A program made the position numbers and the translations under genes. A stretch of 32,893 bases of DNA from Flavobacteriales bacterium (lineage in GTDB: Bacteria; Bacteroidota; Bacteroidia; Flavobacteriales_F; PHOS-HE28), in assembly GCA_031410075.1 (NCBI GenBank), contig JANNYL010000451.1, forward strand, positions 1-32,893, given 5' to 3'. Positions 1-8,999 of this stretch are shown piece by piece. Position 1 is the stretch's first letter. Every line of letters begins with the position of its first letter. The notes beneath the pieces are model-generated. The model was not told the origin of the DNA, ran no database searches, and saw only the letters and a list, made by a program, of their open reading frames with translations.

Positions 1-511
1 ATCGTGGTGGACCGGCGGGTGCGATAGAGACCCTGCCGGTACCCTCATCGTACACGCGCCACTTGCTCATGGGTTTCGCATACAGGTTCAACGTAACAGC
101 ACGCTCCGGCCCGCGGTTGGTGAAGCGGTGAATAGCGTTACCGTTCGTAAGCGAATCATCGGTACCCGGATGCAGATGGAGTTCACGAGAACGCTTGATG
201 CCCTCAGGGACTTTGGTGTACCGCTCCTCCACCACTTCGCCGATCACAGGATGGATCCACGCCGTTTGACTATCATAGTCATGAATACTTGTGCCCTGGC
301 CTGGTTCATAGCAGATCACCAGCAACTCGAACTCGTTGTTCCGATGGATGCATGTGCGCGTGTAGTGCCGACCGTTCCAGCGGAAGTAGGGTTCAAGGTC
401 CCGCGTTGGCACTGCATATCGCGCAAGGATGCCCGCAAAGCCAGCGGTATTCGGATGCCGGTGAAGTTCCTGCACCAGCTCGCGGATGGTATTGATGGGA
501 GCGGATAGCAT
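1..511 (-). CDS. Cysteine dioxygenase-like cupin protein (runs off the window edge; atypical ligands)
   Basis: Not in the ORF track because it has no stop inside the window. Manual translation from ATG 511 is open for 170 codons: MLSAPINTIRELVQEL...HYTRTCIHRNNEFELLVICYEPGQGTSIHDYDSQTAW...AIHRFTNRGPERAVTLNLYAKP... It follows the CDO pattern YTR / S-IHDH / (L)HR / SLHLY with substitutions. Confidence 0.8.
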   Translation of the reverse strand, partial: MLSAPINTIRELVQELHRHPNTAGFAGILARYAVPTRDLEPYFRWNGRHYTRTCIHRNNEFELLVICYEPGQGTSIHDYDSQTAWIHPVIGEVVEERYTKVPEGIKRSRELHLHPGTDDSLTNGNAIHRFTNRGPERAVTLNLYAKPMSKWRVYDEGTGRVSIAPAGPPR

Positions 512-539
512 AGTGGAAACACACACCGATCGTGCTTGG

Positions 540-635
540 CAAACGTATCGGGGTGATCAAGCTCTTTTCCTGACGTTCGTCAGTTCTGCGAAGGACATTG
601 ATCAGGGTTTTCGTTCACTAACCATAAGACCTTTG
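540..635. promoter_or_regulatory. Divergent promoter pair (CDO-like gene / HMA-usp) with two Crp/Fnr-like boxes
   Basis: Minus-strand -7 element TACGTTTG (540-547). Boxes TGAC-GTTC-GTCA (571-582) and GGAC-ATTG-ATCA (593-604). Plus-strand GACCTTTG (628-635). Each box is 23 bp from its -7 element. Confidence 0.7.
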
Positions 636-653
636 GGTCAAATCTGATACACC

Positions 654-929
654 ATGTCCGAGTTGATCTTCCATGTTGACAATTTGAAATGCGAAGGCTG
701 CGCAACCAGTATTCGTAACCGTTTGGCAGAGTTGCCCGGTGTGAGTGGTGTGTTCGTGGATCCGGAAGCCGGCACAGTGAACCTCTCCAATGATGGCGCT
801 TCGTCGCGTGTGGAGATCGCGAGCGCGTTGCTATCGTTGGGCTATCCGGAACATGGAACAGGCGGAATTATCGAGAAGGCGAAGTCGTACGTGAGTTGTG
901 CGGTTGGCCGGATACACGGGGAGGATTGA
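654..929 (+). CDS. Heavy-metal-associated (HMA, CopZ-like) domain protein
   Basis: NLKCEGCA (CxxC) metal loop in a ~70-aa ferredoxin-like fold, plus a C-terminal KAKSYVSCAVG tail. Confidence 0.9.
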   Translation: MSELIFHVDNLKCEGCATSIRNRLAELPGVSGVFVDPEAGTVNLSNDGASSRVEIASALLSLGYPEHGTGGIIEKAKSYVSCAVGRIHGED

Positions 930-1000
930 TCAACGGTTCAGAGGAGGTCACGAACGCAACAACAGATTCACCCACAGCTTAGCACAGTTCACTTGTTCCC

Positions 1001-1810
1001 ATGGCGAATATCCTTATCCCCACAGATTTCAGCGACAATTCGATGCACGCAGCGGAGTATGCTGTGAAGCTCTTCGGTGCGAAAGGCAACTCGTTCGTTC
1101 TCTTGCACACATACATCGATGTGAGTGTGGCAGACCCGGTAATGCCGAGCATGGCGCGCGAAATGATGGTGGTATCGGAAGAAGGTCTGCAGGATTTCAC
1201 AACGAGGCTGAACTCACGCACAGGCGTGGAAGGTGTGAAGCAAGAGGTCCGTTATGGATTTTTGGAATCCGTGGTGAACGAGATCGCCGCAAGTGCGGGA
1301 TGCCAACTTGTTGTGATGGGGAAGCGCGGTAAAGGCGGTTCAGCGTTCTTCGGAAGCAATACGACCAGGTTGATCAACCGCAGCCACGTTCCAGTACTGG
1401 CTGTTCCAGAAACGGCGGCATTGAAAAAGGTGGAACGGATCCTGTTGGCCGATGATCACGATGACATTCTGCCTTCCCAACTGACCATACTGAAACAGAT
1501 AGCACTAGCGAACAATGCAGAAATATTGGTGGCTCATGTAGAGATCGAGGTTGCTGCCACGGCTTCCCATTGGAGTGATGGGGTTTATAAGCTAGCGCTT
1601 GAAGGAACCAAGCACAGTTTTCAGAACGCGCATGGCGAAGATGTGATCAACGGACTGGACAGGATCGCTCGGCACCAGAAGGTGGACATGGTCGCTGTAC
1701 TGCACCGCCACATCGGGTTGATCGGTCGTTTGTTCCACCCGAGCACGGCGAAAGAACTCTCTCGCAGCATCGATCTTCCGTTGCTCGTGATGGAATACAC
1801 GGACAAGTAA
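1001..1810 (+). CDS. Universal stress protein (tandem Usp domains)
   Basis: ILIPTDFSDNS N-terminus, LVVMGKRG...FFGSNT...VPVLAVP, and a second degenerate Usp domain. Confidence 0.93.
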   Translation: MANILIPTDFSDNSMHAAEYAVKLFGAKGNSFVLLHTYIDVSVADPVMPSMAREMMVVSEEGLQDFTTRLNSRTGVEGVKQEVRYGFLESVVNEIAASAGCQLVVMGKRGKGGSAFFGSNTTRLINRSHVPVLAVPETAALKKVERILLADDHDDILPSQLTILKQIALANNAEILVAHVEIEVAATASHWSDGVYKLALEGTKHSFQNAHGEDVINGLDRIARHQKVDMVAVLHRHIGLIGRLFHPSTAKELSRSIDLPLLVMEYTDK

Positions 1811-1815
1811 AGTAC

Positions 1816-2199
1816 TCAGGCAATAGTTCCAGCTAGTGCGATGATGTGTCCGTCATCGTCGGCGTAGTAGGCCACCCGATGCCCCCAGTCCCGATCGGAT
1901 AGCGCGTTCACCAATTGCGCACCAGCACGAGTTGCACGCGCACAAGCAGCTGGCAGATCCTCCACAAGCAAATAGATCTCGCAACGCGGAACTCCGTTGG
2001 CTGCTGATGGATGTGGCATAGGCCCACAGATGATCCGCGCAATGCCAGCCTCAGGCATCAGTCCCAGTTTGCATCCGCCCGGCAAGGTGAATTCGGTCAT
2101 GCCGAGCACGTCCAATGACGGTACCTGGCCCAACAGCTCAGTATACAAACGCGCGCTCCGCGACTGGTCAGCGACGTACAGGATGAATTCGATCGACAT
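1816..2199 (-). CDS. VOC/glyoxalase family protein
   Basis: ILYVADQ..S..LY start and RDWGHRVAYYADDDGHII end are typical VOC motifs. Confidence 0.88.
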   Translation of the reverse strand: MSIEFILYVADQSRSARLYTELLGQVPSLDVLGMTEFTLPGGCKLGLMPEAGIARIICGPMPHPSAANGVPRCEIYLLVEDLPAACARATRAGAQLVNALSDRDWGHRVAYYADDDGHIIALAGTIA

Positions 2200-2237
2200 T
2201 CCGGAAAGGTATCCGACCCATCAACCACAATGCACGA

Positions 2238-2633
2238 TCACATCCGCTTGGTCAACCACTGCGTGAACTCGTGCTTGAGTTCGCGGTAGAGCTTTTCGAA
2301 CGTGGCCATCTCTTCCCGGTGTTCGGTGTGGTCAGCGAACAGGCGATGGTCCACGGCGATCGGGTGCTCGCGCACTTCCTTCTCCAATTGGTTCTCGTGC
2401 TGCTTCAACTCGTGCCGAAGTTCATCGATCACTTCGCGTTGCCGGATGTATTGGTTCTGGAAGTGCTCCAGTTCCGCCATCACATCGGTTCCGGTGTTCC
2501 GCTGTGCGATCTCTTCCATCCGATGTTCCAGGATGGTGATCTCTTCCTTGTAAAAGGACAACGAGTTCAACCACAGTTTGTGGTCGTTGTGCAGATCAGC
2601 GATGTGCACATGTTTTTGTGTTGCGGTGTTCAT
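2238..2633 (-). CDS. Hypothetical His/Glu-rich helical protein
   Basis: 131-aa ORF with coding-like codon usage, co-oriented after the cco operon; amphipathic helices. Confidence 0.8.
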   Translation of the reverse strand: MNTATQKHVHIADLHNDHKLWLNSLSFYKEEITILEHRMEEIAQRNTGTDVMAELEHFQNQYIRQREVIDELRHELKQHENQLEKEVREHPIAVDHRLFADHTEHREEMATFEKLYRELKHEFTQWLTKRM

Positions 2634-2669
2634 GGTTGGTCGGTTTCAGTTCGGTTCAGAAGTTGTTGT

Positions 2670-3374
2670 TCAAGGGCACACGGTGGCTTGTGCGGGTACC
2701 GTATCTGGTGGAGGGCTCACCATCGGGATCCCCAGTTCCAAGCCACGCAAGATCATCAATATTCCTAATGCCGATACCACCACTGGAGACATCCTGCGCA
2801 GCAAAGTACGACCGCCACCACCGATCAAGTGACCACTCATTCTGAGAGCGATCAAGGCTGGCCATGTACCGAGCCCGAACAGGGCCATGAACAAAGCACC
2901 TTGTGAAACAGCGCCCATCGCCGTGGCACCCACAGCGGCCGCATACACCATACCGCAAGGAAGCAGGCCGTTCAGAAGACCCGTTGCGAACAGCGCTTCC
3001 GGTTCGGTGCGTTTCAAGTTGCGACCCAACACGCCACGGAAACGAGCGATCATCAGTGATAGATGACCTGTCGGGCTCCAACGTTCCAATAGGCCCGGCA
3101 CCAACACAGAGAGAAGGATCAACGCACCGGCAAGGATCGAAACTGTTTGCTGGAGTCCGACGAGTTGCAAGCCTTTTCCGAACGCACCGAAGGCTGCACC
3201 CAAAAGCGTGTAGGTCGCCAGCCGGCCGCTGTTCAGGAGAAGCGTGCTGGTAAATCGGGATCGCCATCCCGTTCCAGGAGAAGGCACCGCCAATGCGATC
3301 GGCCCACACATCCCCAAGCAATGGCCGCTGCTAGCAAAACCAAGTACCAATGCCGCAGGGATCCACGCCGTCAT
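2670..3374 (-). CDS. Sulfite exporter TauE/SafE (DsbD_2) family membrane protein, cbb3 biogenesis-associated
   Basis: HCLGMCGP and NGLLPCGMVY motifs. Start moved to ATG 3374, which overlaps the fixH stop (ATGA). Confidence 0.9.
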   Translation of the reverse strand: MTAWIPAALVLGFASSGHCLGMCGPIALAVPSPGTGWRSRFTSTLLLNSGRLATYTLLGAAFGAFGKGLQLVGLQQTVSILAGALILLSVLVPGLLERWSPTGHLSLMIARFRGVLGRNLKRTEPEALFATGLLNGLLPCGMVYAAAVGATAMGAVSQGALFMALFGLGTWPALIALRMSGHLIGGGGRTLLRRMSPVVVSALGILMILRGLELGIPMVSPPPDTVPAQATVCP

Positions 3375-3814
3375 CGCACAAAGATCCGTTTTTCGGTCAG
3401 CCTTTCTTCGCCGTCCATCTTCCAATCCAGCCGCATGCGGTACACGCCTTTGATCAAGTCGTGTGTTGCCAAAGCGAACAGACCAGCGCTATCAGCAGAT
3501 ACATCTACAGTGAGATCACCGAGTTCCGTGGAAGGTCGCATCAAGTGCAGCGTACCGGTGATCGGTGCTCTGCTCTTCCTGGTAGGGAATTGGAGTGACA
3601 GGCTGCCGGCGCCTTCCGTAACGACCACCTCCTCCCCGGAGCGCAGCGCGTTGCTCAATTTGTCGATATCGGCCTGGTACGCCAGTTCCTCCTTGTAGTA
3701 GTCTTCCGCAACCAGTGGGGAAGGGTTGTTCAAGGCGCGCATGGCGAACCAGCCCATCATCACCACAAAGGCGATCAGCACAGCAGCGAGCCCGGTTCCC
3801 CAGTTCAGTTTCAT
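3371..3814 (-). CDS. fixH: FixH/CcoH cbb3 oxidase assembly protein
   Basis: MKLNWGTG N-terminal TM segment, LVAEDYYKEELAYQ motif, position directly after ccoG. Confidence 0.88.
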   Translation of the reverse strand: MKLNWGTGLAAVLIAFVVMMGWFAMRALNNPSPLVAEDYYKEELAYQADIDKLSNALRSGEEVVVTEGAGSLSLQFPTRKSRAPITGTLHLMRPSTELGDLTVDVSADSAGLFALATHDLIKGVYRMRLDWKMDGEERLTEKRIFVR

Positions 3815-5238
3815 GATGCCTTGGTAATGGGTCCTACGAACGAAGTACGCACTTGATCGATCAATTTATCCCCGCTGAAGATACCCACATTCAATTCGGT
3901 GGTATAGCCATGCACGTCGGCCTTGTCGAGGATGATGAAAAGCTCTCCTTCGATCAGCTCCGCTTTACCCAATTCGCGTGCAGCCCCTACCAAAGTCACC
4001 TCACCCTTGCTGCCGATCAATTCGAAACGGATCGGCATTTCGCGCGAGGTCTTGTTCACCACTTTGTACGCGTAAATGTTGCTGATGCGGCCATCATCCC
4101 GCCTTTGGAACAAGGTGCCAGGGGTGCGCAGCACGGTGGTTTCCACATCGCTACGCGTAAGGATCAAGAGCAACAGGATGCCCACCAAAGCAGTAAGTAC
4201 AACGCTGTAGCCTTTCATGCGCGGGGTGTATCTCCACGGTTTCTTGTCGGCGATCTCGCGCTCACTGGCGAAACGGATAAGTCCGGTGGGAAGGCCAACG
4301 CCGGTCATCATGTGGTCACAGGCGTCTATGCATGCGGTGCAGTTCACGCATTCCAGCTGGGTGCCGTTCCGGATGTCGATGCCCGTAGGGCACACATGCA
4401 CACAGGCCTTGCAGTCGATGCAGTCACCCTTGCCCACGGCAGCCCGATCCTCGTTCTTCTTGAACAGACCACGCGATTCGCCGCGCATGTGGTCGTACGC
4501 GATCACGGTGCTGTGCCGATCGAGCAGCACGCCTTGTAAGCGGCCATATGGGCAGATCGTGGTGCATACCTGTTCTCGCAAGAATGCGAACACCCCATAG
4601 AACACGCCACTGAAACCAAGGACCGCCACAAAGCCGCTCCAATGCGTATTGGGCGAAACGGTGATGATATCGATCAGCCGGTCCGTTCCGATCAAGTAGG
4701 CGAGGAAGGTATTTCCGATCACGAAGGCCACACCGAAGAAAAGGACGTGTTTCAACGTCTTCTTCCAGATCCGTTCACCGGACCAAGGTCCCTTGTTGAG
4801 CGCTTGTTGTTGCTTCCAGTCCCCTTCCACCCAGTACTCGATGCGACGGTACACCAGTTCCATAAAAATGGTTTGCGGGCAGGCCCAGCCGCAGAACAAT
4901 CGCCCAAAGGCCACAGTGAATAGCGCAACGAAAACAATGAACGTGATGAAGCCGATAACGAAGAGATGGATGTCCTGTGGCCAGAACGTACGACCCAGGA
5001 TAACGAACCGACGGTCGATCACATCCAACTGCAACAACGGCTCGCCTGCAATGCGGATCCAAGGACCCAGCATAAGCATGACTAAGAGCGTATATCCGAA
5101 CAGCTTGCGCCAGTTCCAGAATTTCCCTGAGACTTTCTTCGGATAGATCCAAACGCGCTTCCCATGCTTGTCCACCGTTGCGATGGAGTCACGGAATTGC
5201 TCGTCCCGCTTGGTGATCGCTGGTGGCTTGGGGATCAC
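3811..5238 (-). CDS. ccoG: Cytochrome c oxidase accessory protein CcoG (4Fe-4S membrane protein)
   Basis: GRLFCGWACPQT, CPYGRLQ, CIDCKACVHVCPTGIDIR..QLECVNCTACIDAC; GTG start overlaps the ccoP stop. Confidence 0.95.
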   Translation of the reverse strand: MIPKPPAITKRDEQFRDSIATVDKHGKRVWIYPKKVSGKFWNWRKLFGYTLLVMLMLGPWIRIAGEPLLQLDVIDRRFVILGRTFWPQDIHLFVIGFITFIVFVALFTVAFGRLFCGWACPQTIFMELVYRRIEYWVEGDWKQQQALNKGPWSGERIWKKTLKHVLFFGVAFVIGNTFLAYLIGTDRLIDIITVSPNTHWSGFVAVLGFSGVFYGVFAFLREQVCTTICPYGRLQGVLLDRHSTVIAYDHMRGESRGLFKKNEDRAAVGKGDCIDCKACVHVCPTGIDIRNGTQLECVNCTACIDACDHMMTGVGLPTGLIRFASEREIADKKPWRYTPRMKGYSVVLTALVGILLLLILTRSDVETTVLRTPGTLFQRRDDGRISNIYAYKVVNKTSREMPIRFELIGSKGEVTLVGAARELGKAELIEGELFIILDKADVHGYTTELNVGIFSGDKLIDQVRTSFVGPITKAS

Positions 5239-6383
5239 GGTGCTATGGCAGCGAGCTTGGTACTGTCGCTCTTCACCGCTGTTGTATCAGTAGGTAGAAC
5301 TTCCTCTTTCCAAAGGTCACCCTCGGGTGCTTTGGCGTTCGGTGGGTTGCTTCCCTGAAGGCTGAGGATGTAGCTGGCGAGGTGCTGTATCTCGATCGGT
5401 TTCAGTTGCGTTTTCCAACTGATCATGCCCTTTTCCGGAACGCCGTAGGCGATCGTGCGGAACACGTTCTTGATGCCGCCGCCATGTTTCCAATACGCGT
5501 CGGTGAGGTTAGGGCCAAGACCTTCCTTGCCCTCCAAGCCTGTTCCATGGCAAGCAACACAATACTCCTGGAATTCCCGGTTGCCTGCGGCGATGGAACC
5601 CGCGTCGGTCAACAACGTCACATTATCCTCGTTCACCAGGTTCTTGAACTGCGCTTGATACGCGGCGACATCCGCCTTGGCTTGGGCCATCTCCTGTTTG
5701 TATTCGACATCTTGATCGGGCCAGATGTTGAACACATAATGGTTCGCCATGAAGACGATGCTCCAGAGGATCGTACCGTAGAACAACCACAGCCACCAAG
5801 GCGGCAGTACGTTGTCCAGTTCGCGGATGCCGTCGTAGTTGTGGTCCAACAAAATGTCCGTCTCGCGCTCAACGGGCACACGGTTGGTCAACTTTCTCCA
5901 AACGCGATCTTCCCATGGTTCAACGGCCGGGTCGAAGACCACCACGGGTTCCGGCTTGTTCAGGATCGTTTTGGTGAGGAAGCGCAACAGGTTCATCTGT
6001 GCCACCATCACCACGGCGAGAAAAACGTTCGTTACCACCAGCCACCAGAACAGCGTGGTGGTGGTGAAGTGTTCACCGTTCGCGGACATCGCATTGGCGT
6101 GAACGGCTATGCTGGTCAGCAAGACCATCATGCCGGTGCGCTTGCGTGCTTCCGTCCAGAATTTCCCTGGTGACCCAAGCGTGCGCATGATGCTGCTCAT
6201 GGACATTATCACGATCACTTGGAACACGGCCAAGCCAATGAGCGCAACGTTCACACTCATCGAACCAATTCCTTCTGCGGCTTGGGTGGCCGCGGGCGCC
6301 GTGCCCTGGGCGTTCACCATGACATGCGCCAATAAAACGGCAACTGCCGACCCTGTGATGCGGTGTAGCGTATGGCGCTTCAT
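5235..6383 (-). CDS. ccoP: cbb3-type cytochrome c oxidase subunit III (CcoP), single heme, long N-terminal extension
   Basis: DHNYDGIRELDNVLPPWW motif, one CVACH, GPNLTD, KGMISWK. Confidence 0.93.
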   Translation of the reverse strand: MKRHTLHRITGSAVAVLLAHVMVNAQGTAPAATQAAEGIGSMSVNVALIGLAVFQVIVIMSMSSIMRTLGSPGKFWTEARKRTGMMVLLTSIAVHANAMSANGEHFTTTTLFWWLVVTNVFLAVVMVAQMNLLRFLTKTILNKPEPVVVFDPAVEPWEDRVWRKLTNRVPVERETDILLDHNYDGIRELDNVLPPWWLWLFYGTILWSIVFMANHYVFNIWPDQDVEYKQEMAQAKADVAAYQAQFKNLVNEDNVTLLTDAGSIAAGNREFQEYCVACHGTGLEGKEGLGPNLTDAYWKHGGGIKNVFRTIAYGVPEKGMISWKTQLKPIEIQHLASYILSLQGSNPPNAKAPEGDLWKEEVLPTDTTAVKSDSTKLAAIAP

Positions 6384-6568
6384 AGCTCTTCGTTTCCAGG
6401 TGTGTCGTTCAAAGGCGTTCGGGCCATCTGGTCCAAGTGGCGGTGATCAACGGTAAAGACCCACACGAGCACACCGATGAAGAAGGAGAACAGCAGCACG
6501 AAACCGAGTGTGGGCCAAATGGCCAAGTTGTCGATACCGGTGATGGAGTGTGAGATGAACCACAGCAT
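6380..6568 (-). CDS. ccoQ: cbb3 oxidase small subunit CcoQ
   Basis: 62 aa, one TM helix, ends with MARTPL; lies between ccoNO and ccoP. Confidence 0.85.
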   Translation of the reverse strand: MLWFISHSITGIDNLAIWPTLGFVLLFSFFIGVLVWVFTVDHRHLDQMARTPLNDTPGNEEL

Positions 6569-6576
6569 CGTTCAGG

Positions 6577-8751
6577 TTATTTGGTGGCGGCCGCTGGTGC
6601 GGCTTTGGGTTTGATGTCAGTACCTAGCCGTTGCAGATAGGCGATCATCGCGATGATCTCTTTCTCTTTTTCGATCTCGATGCCGCCTACCTTCAGATCG
6701 TCCGCGATGCCTTGTGCTTGTGCGCTCAGGTTGGCGCTTGCCTGCTGCTCGAAGCCTTCGGGATACGGAACGCCGAGGGTGCGCATGGCCGCGATCTTCA
6801 TCGGTGTGCTGCCCGTATCGATCCATTGTTCGTAGAGGTGGGCATACGGAGGCATGATGCTGCCCTTTACGAATTCACCGGGATTGATCATGTGGTAGAA
6901 ATGCCAACTGTTCTGGTACTTGCCACCTACCCGCAACAGATCCGGCCCTGTGCGTTTGCTACCCCATTGGAACGGATGGTCGTACACGAATTCACCCGCC
7001 TTGCTGTATTCGCCATAGCGTTCGGTCTCGCTGCGGAAGGGGCGCACCATCTGCGAGTGGCAGGTGTAGCAGCCTTCGCGCACATAGATGTCCCGGCCTT
7101 GCAGTTCGAGCGGTGTGTAGGGATGCACGCTCTTGATCGTGGGCACGTTGCTCTGCAACAGGAAAGTCGGCACCAGTTCCACGATACCCCCAATACCCAC
7201 CACCACCAAACTGAACACCAGCATCTGGATGGGTCGGCGTTCGATCCATCGGTGCCAATGAGCACCAACGTGTTCCGGTTCCTTCTCCATCGGCATGGCT
7301 TCAGCATCTTCGTTCGCGATCAGCTTGCCGGCAGCAACGGTCTTCCATACGTTGTACACCATCACGAACACGCCGACGAGGTAGAGCGTACCACCCAAGC
7401 TTCGCAGCCAATAGGCGTATTTGATCTGGATCACGGTATCCAGGAAGTTGGCGTAGGCCAAGTATCCGTCCGGTGTGAACTGCTTCCACATCAGGCTCTG
7501 CGTGAACCCAGCGAAGTACAAGGGGATAGTGTAGAAGATGATGCCGAGCGTGCCGATCCAGAAGTGGAAATTCATCAACCCGCGTGAATGCATCTGCTTG
7601 CCGAACAGGCGCGGGATCAGCCAGTAGATCATACCGAACGTGAGGAAGCCGTTCCAGCCGAGCGCGCCCACATGCACGTGCGCGATCGTCCAGTCGGTGA
7701 AGTGGCTGATGCTGTTGAAGAACTTGGTGCTCAACAACGGGCCTTCCAGCGTGGCCATGCCATAGCACGTGATCGCCACCACATAGAATTTCAGCACCGC
7801 ATCTTCCCGCACGCGGTCCCACGCGCCTCGCAACGTGAGCAACCCGTTGAGCATGCCACCCCAACTGGGTGCGATGAGCATGATGCTGAACACCGTACCC
7901 AGGTTCTGCGCCCAGTCGGGCAATGAGCTGTAGAGCAAGTGGTGCGGACCCGCCCAGATGTAGAGGAAGATGAGCGCCCAGAAGTGGATGATGCTGAGCC
8001 GATAGCTGTACACGGGCCGGTTCGCGGCCTTCGGCAGGAAGTAGTACATCACGCCCAAGTACGGCGTGGTCAGGAAGAACGCCACCGCGTTGTGTCCGTA
8101 CCACCATTGCACCAAGGCATCCTGCACGCCAGCGTAATAACTATAGCTCTTGAAGAGGCTTACCGGCAGCTCCACACTGTTCACGATATGCAGCATGGCT
8201 ACTGTTACCCATGTAGCGATGTAGAACCAGATGGCCACGTACAAATGCCGCTCGCGCCGCTTGATGATGGTGCCCATCAGGTTGATCCCGAACACCACCC
8301 ACGCCAGCGTAATGGCGATATCCTGGGGCCATTCCAGTTCCGCGTACTCCTTGCCGGTGGTAATGCCCAATGGCAGGGTGATCGCCGCGCTCACAATGAT
8401 CATCTGCCAGCTCCAGAAGTGCAAATTGCTGAGCCAATCTTTGAACATGCGCGTCTTCAGCAACCGTTGCGCGCTGTAGTACACACCCGCGAACATGCCG
8501 TTGCCCACGAAGGCGAAAATGACCGCATTGGTATGCAACGGACGAAGCCTGCCGAAGGTGAACCACTGCTGCTCGCTCAACCAGATAAGGGGGCGCACCA
8601 GCCAGTAATACCATACATCGGGACTGGTGCCTTGCACCACCATTTCCAACGCGATGATCAAACCCACCAACATGCCCACCGCACCCCAGAGCACGGTCGC
8701 GAAGAGGAAATTCTTCACGATGCGGTTGTCGTACTGGAAACGTTCCATCAT
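6577..8751 (-). CDS. ccoNO: Fused cbb3 oxidase subunits I/II (CcoN-CcoO)
   Basis: RLRPLHTN, QWWYGHNAV, WAGPHHL, AHVHVGALGW (CcoN), then EGCYTCHSQ...WGSKRTGPDL (CcoO). Likely start ATG 8751 or 8748 (MMERFQYDN); the track's 8874 start overlaps ccoS. Confidence 0.96.
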   Translation of the reverse strand: MMERFQYDNRIVKNFLFATVLWGAVGMLVGLIIALEMVVQGTSPDVWYYWLVRPLIWLSEQQWFTFGRLRPLHTNAVIFAFVGNGMFAGVYYSAQRLLKTRMFKDWLSNLHFWSWQMIIVSAAITLPLGITTGKEYAELEWPQDIAITLAWVVFGINLMGTIIKRRERHLYVAIWFYIATWVTVAMLHIVNSVELPVSLFKSYSYYAGVQDALVQWWYGHNAVAFFLTTPYLGVMYYFLPKAANRPVYSYRLSIIHFWALIFLYIWAGPHHLLYSSLPDWAQNLGTVFSIMLIAPSWGGMLNGLLTLRGAWDRVREDAVLKFYVVAITCYGMATLEGPLLSTKFFNSISHFTDWTIAHVHVGALGWNGFLTFGMIYWLIPRLFGKQMHSRGLMNFHFWIGTLGIIFYTIPLYFAGFTQSLMWKQFTPDGYLAYANFLDTVIQIKYAYWLRSLGGTLYLVGVFVMVYNVWKTVAAGKLIANEDAEAMPMEKEPEHVGAHWHRWIERRPIQMLVFSLVVVGIGGIVELVPTFLLQSNVPTIKSVHPYTPLELQGRDIYVREGCYTCHSQMVRPFRSETERYGEYSKAGEFVYDHPFQWGSKRTGPDLLRVGGKYQNSWHFYHMINPGEFVKGSIMPPYAHLYEQWIDTGSTPMKIAAMRTLGVPYPEGFEQQASANLSAQAQGIADDLKVGGIEIEKEKEIIAMIAYLQRLGTDIKPKAAPAAATK

Positions 8752-8755
8752 GGCC

Positions 8756-8914
8756 TCACGTGGTTGGTGGCTGTATGCTATCGTCTGAAAAAAGGCGGAC
8801 GGCGGGGGATCGGTCATCCTCGTATTGCCCACTGCGTATGGCCCACACAAAGGCCACCAGGAAAATGCCCGCAACGAACGTGCTGGCTGTGATCAATAGA
8901 AAGATGACGCTCAT
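8756..8914 (-). CDS. ccoS: cbb3 oxidase maturation protein CcoS
   Basis: MSVIFLLI...FVWAIRSGQYED..PAVRLF; ATG at 8914. Confidence 0.92.
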   Translation of the reverse strand: MSVIFLLITASTFVAGIFLVAFVWAIRSGQYEDDRSPAVRLFSDDSIQPPTT

Positions 8915-8934
8915 CAGGTCCGGGGCTTGCGCTG

Positions 8935-8999
8935 CGAAACTGCCGAGCGGCCGGGGCATGAAGCCTGAGGTTGGTCATGCAGAAAGATGACTTTTGTCA
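8935..8999 (-). promoter_or_regulatory. cco operon promoter with tandem Crp/Fnr-like boxes
   Basis: -7-like CAGTTTCG (reverse complement of 8935-8942). Box TGAG-GTTG-GTCA at 8966-8977 (23 bp away) and TGAC-TTTT-GTCA at 8988-8999 (22 bp further). Confidence 0.7.

Noticed and set aside
128-508. 126-aa plus-strand ORF and other short ORFs at the window start
   Set aside because: They are antisense shadows of the CDO-like gene on the minus strand, which has recognisable motifs and a promoter.
927-982. Possible regulon box upstream of usp
   Set aside because: Only a GTCA half-site (947-950), and the spacing to CAGCTTAG is 24, not 23; usp is more likely co-transcribed with the HMA gene.
6631-8892. 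Long alternative-frame and antisense ORFs over ccoNO (318, 317 and 268 aa), and similar ones over nosZ, ppsA and the ATPase
   Set aside because: Expected from GC-rich third-position bias in strongly coding DNA; no motifs or independent expression signals.
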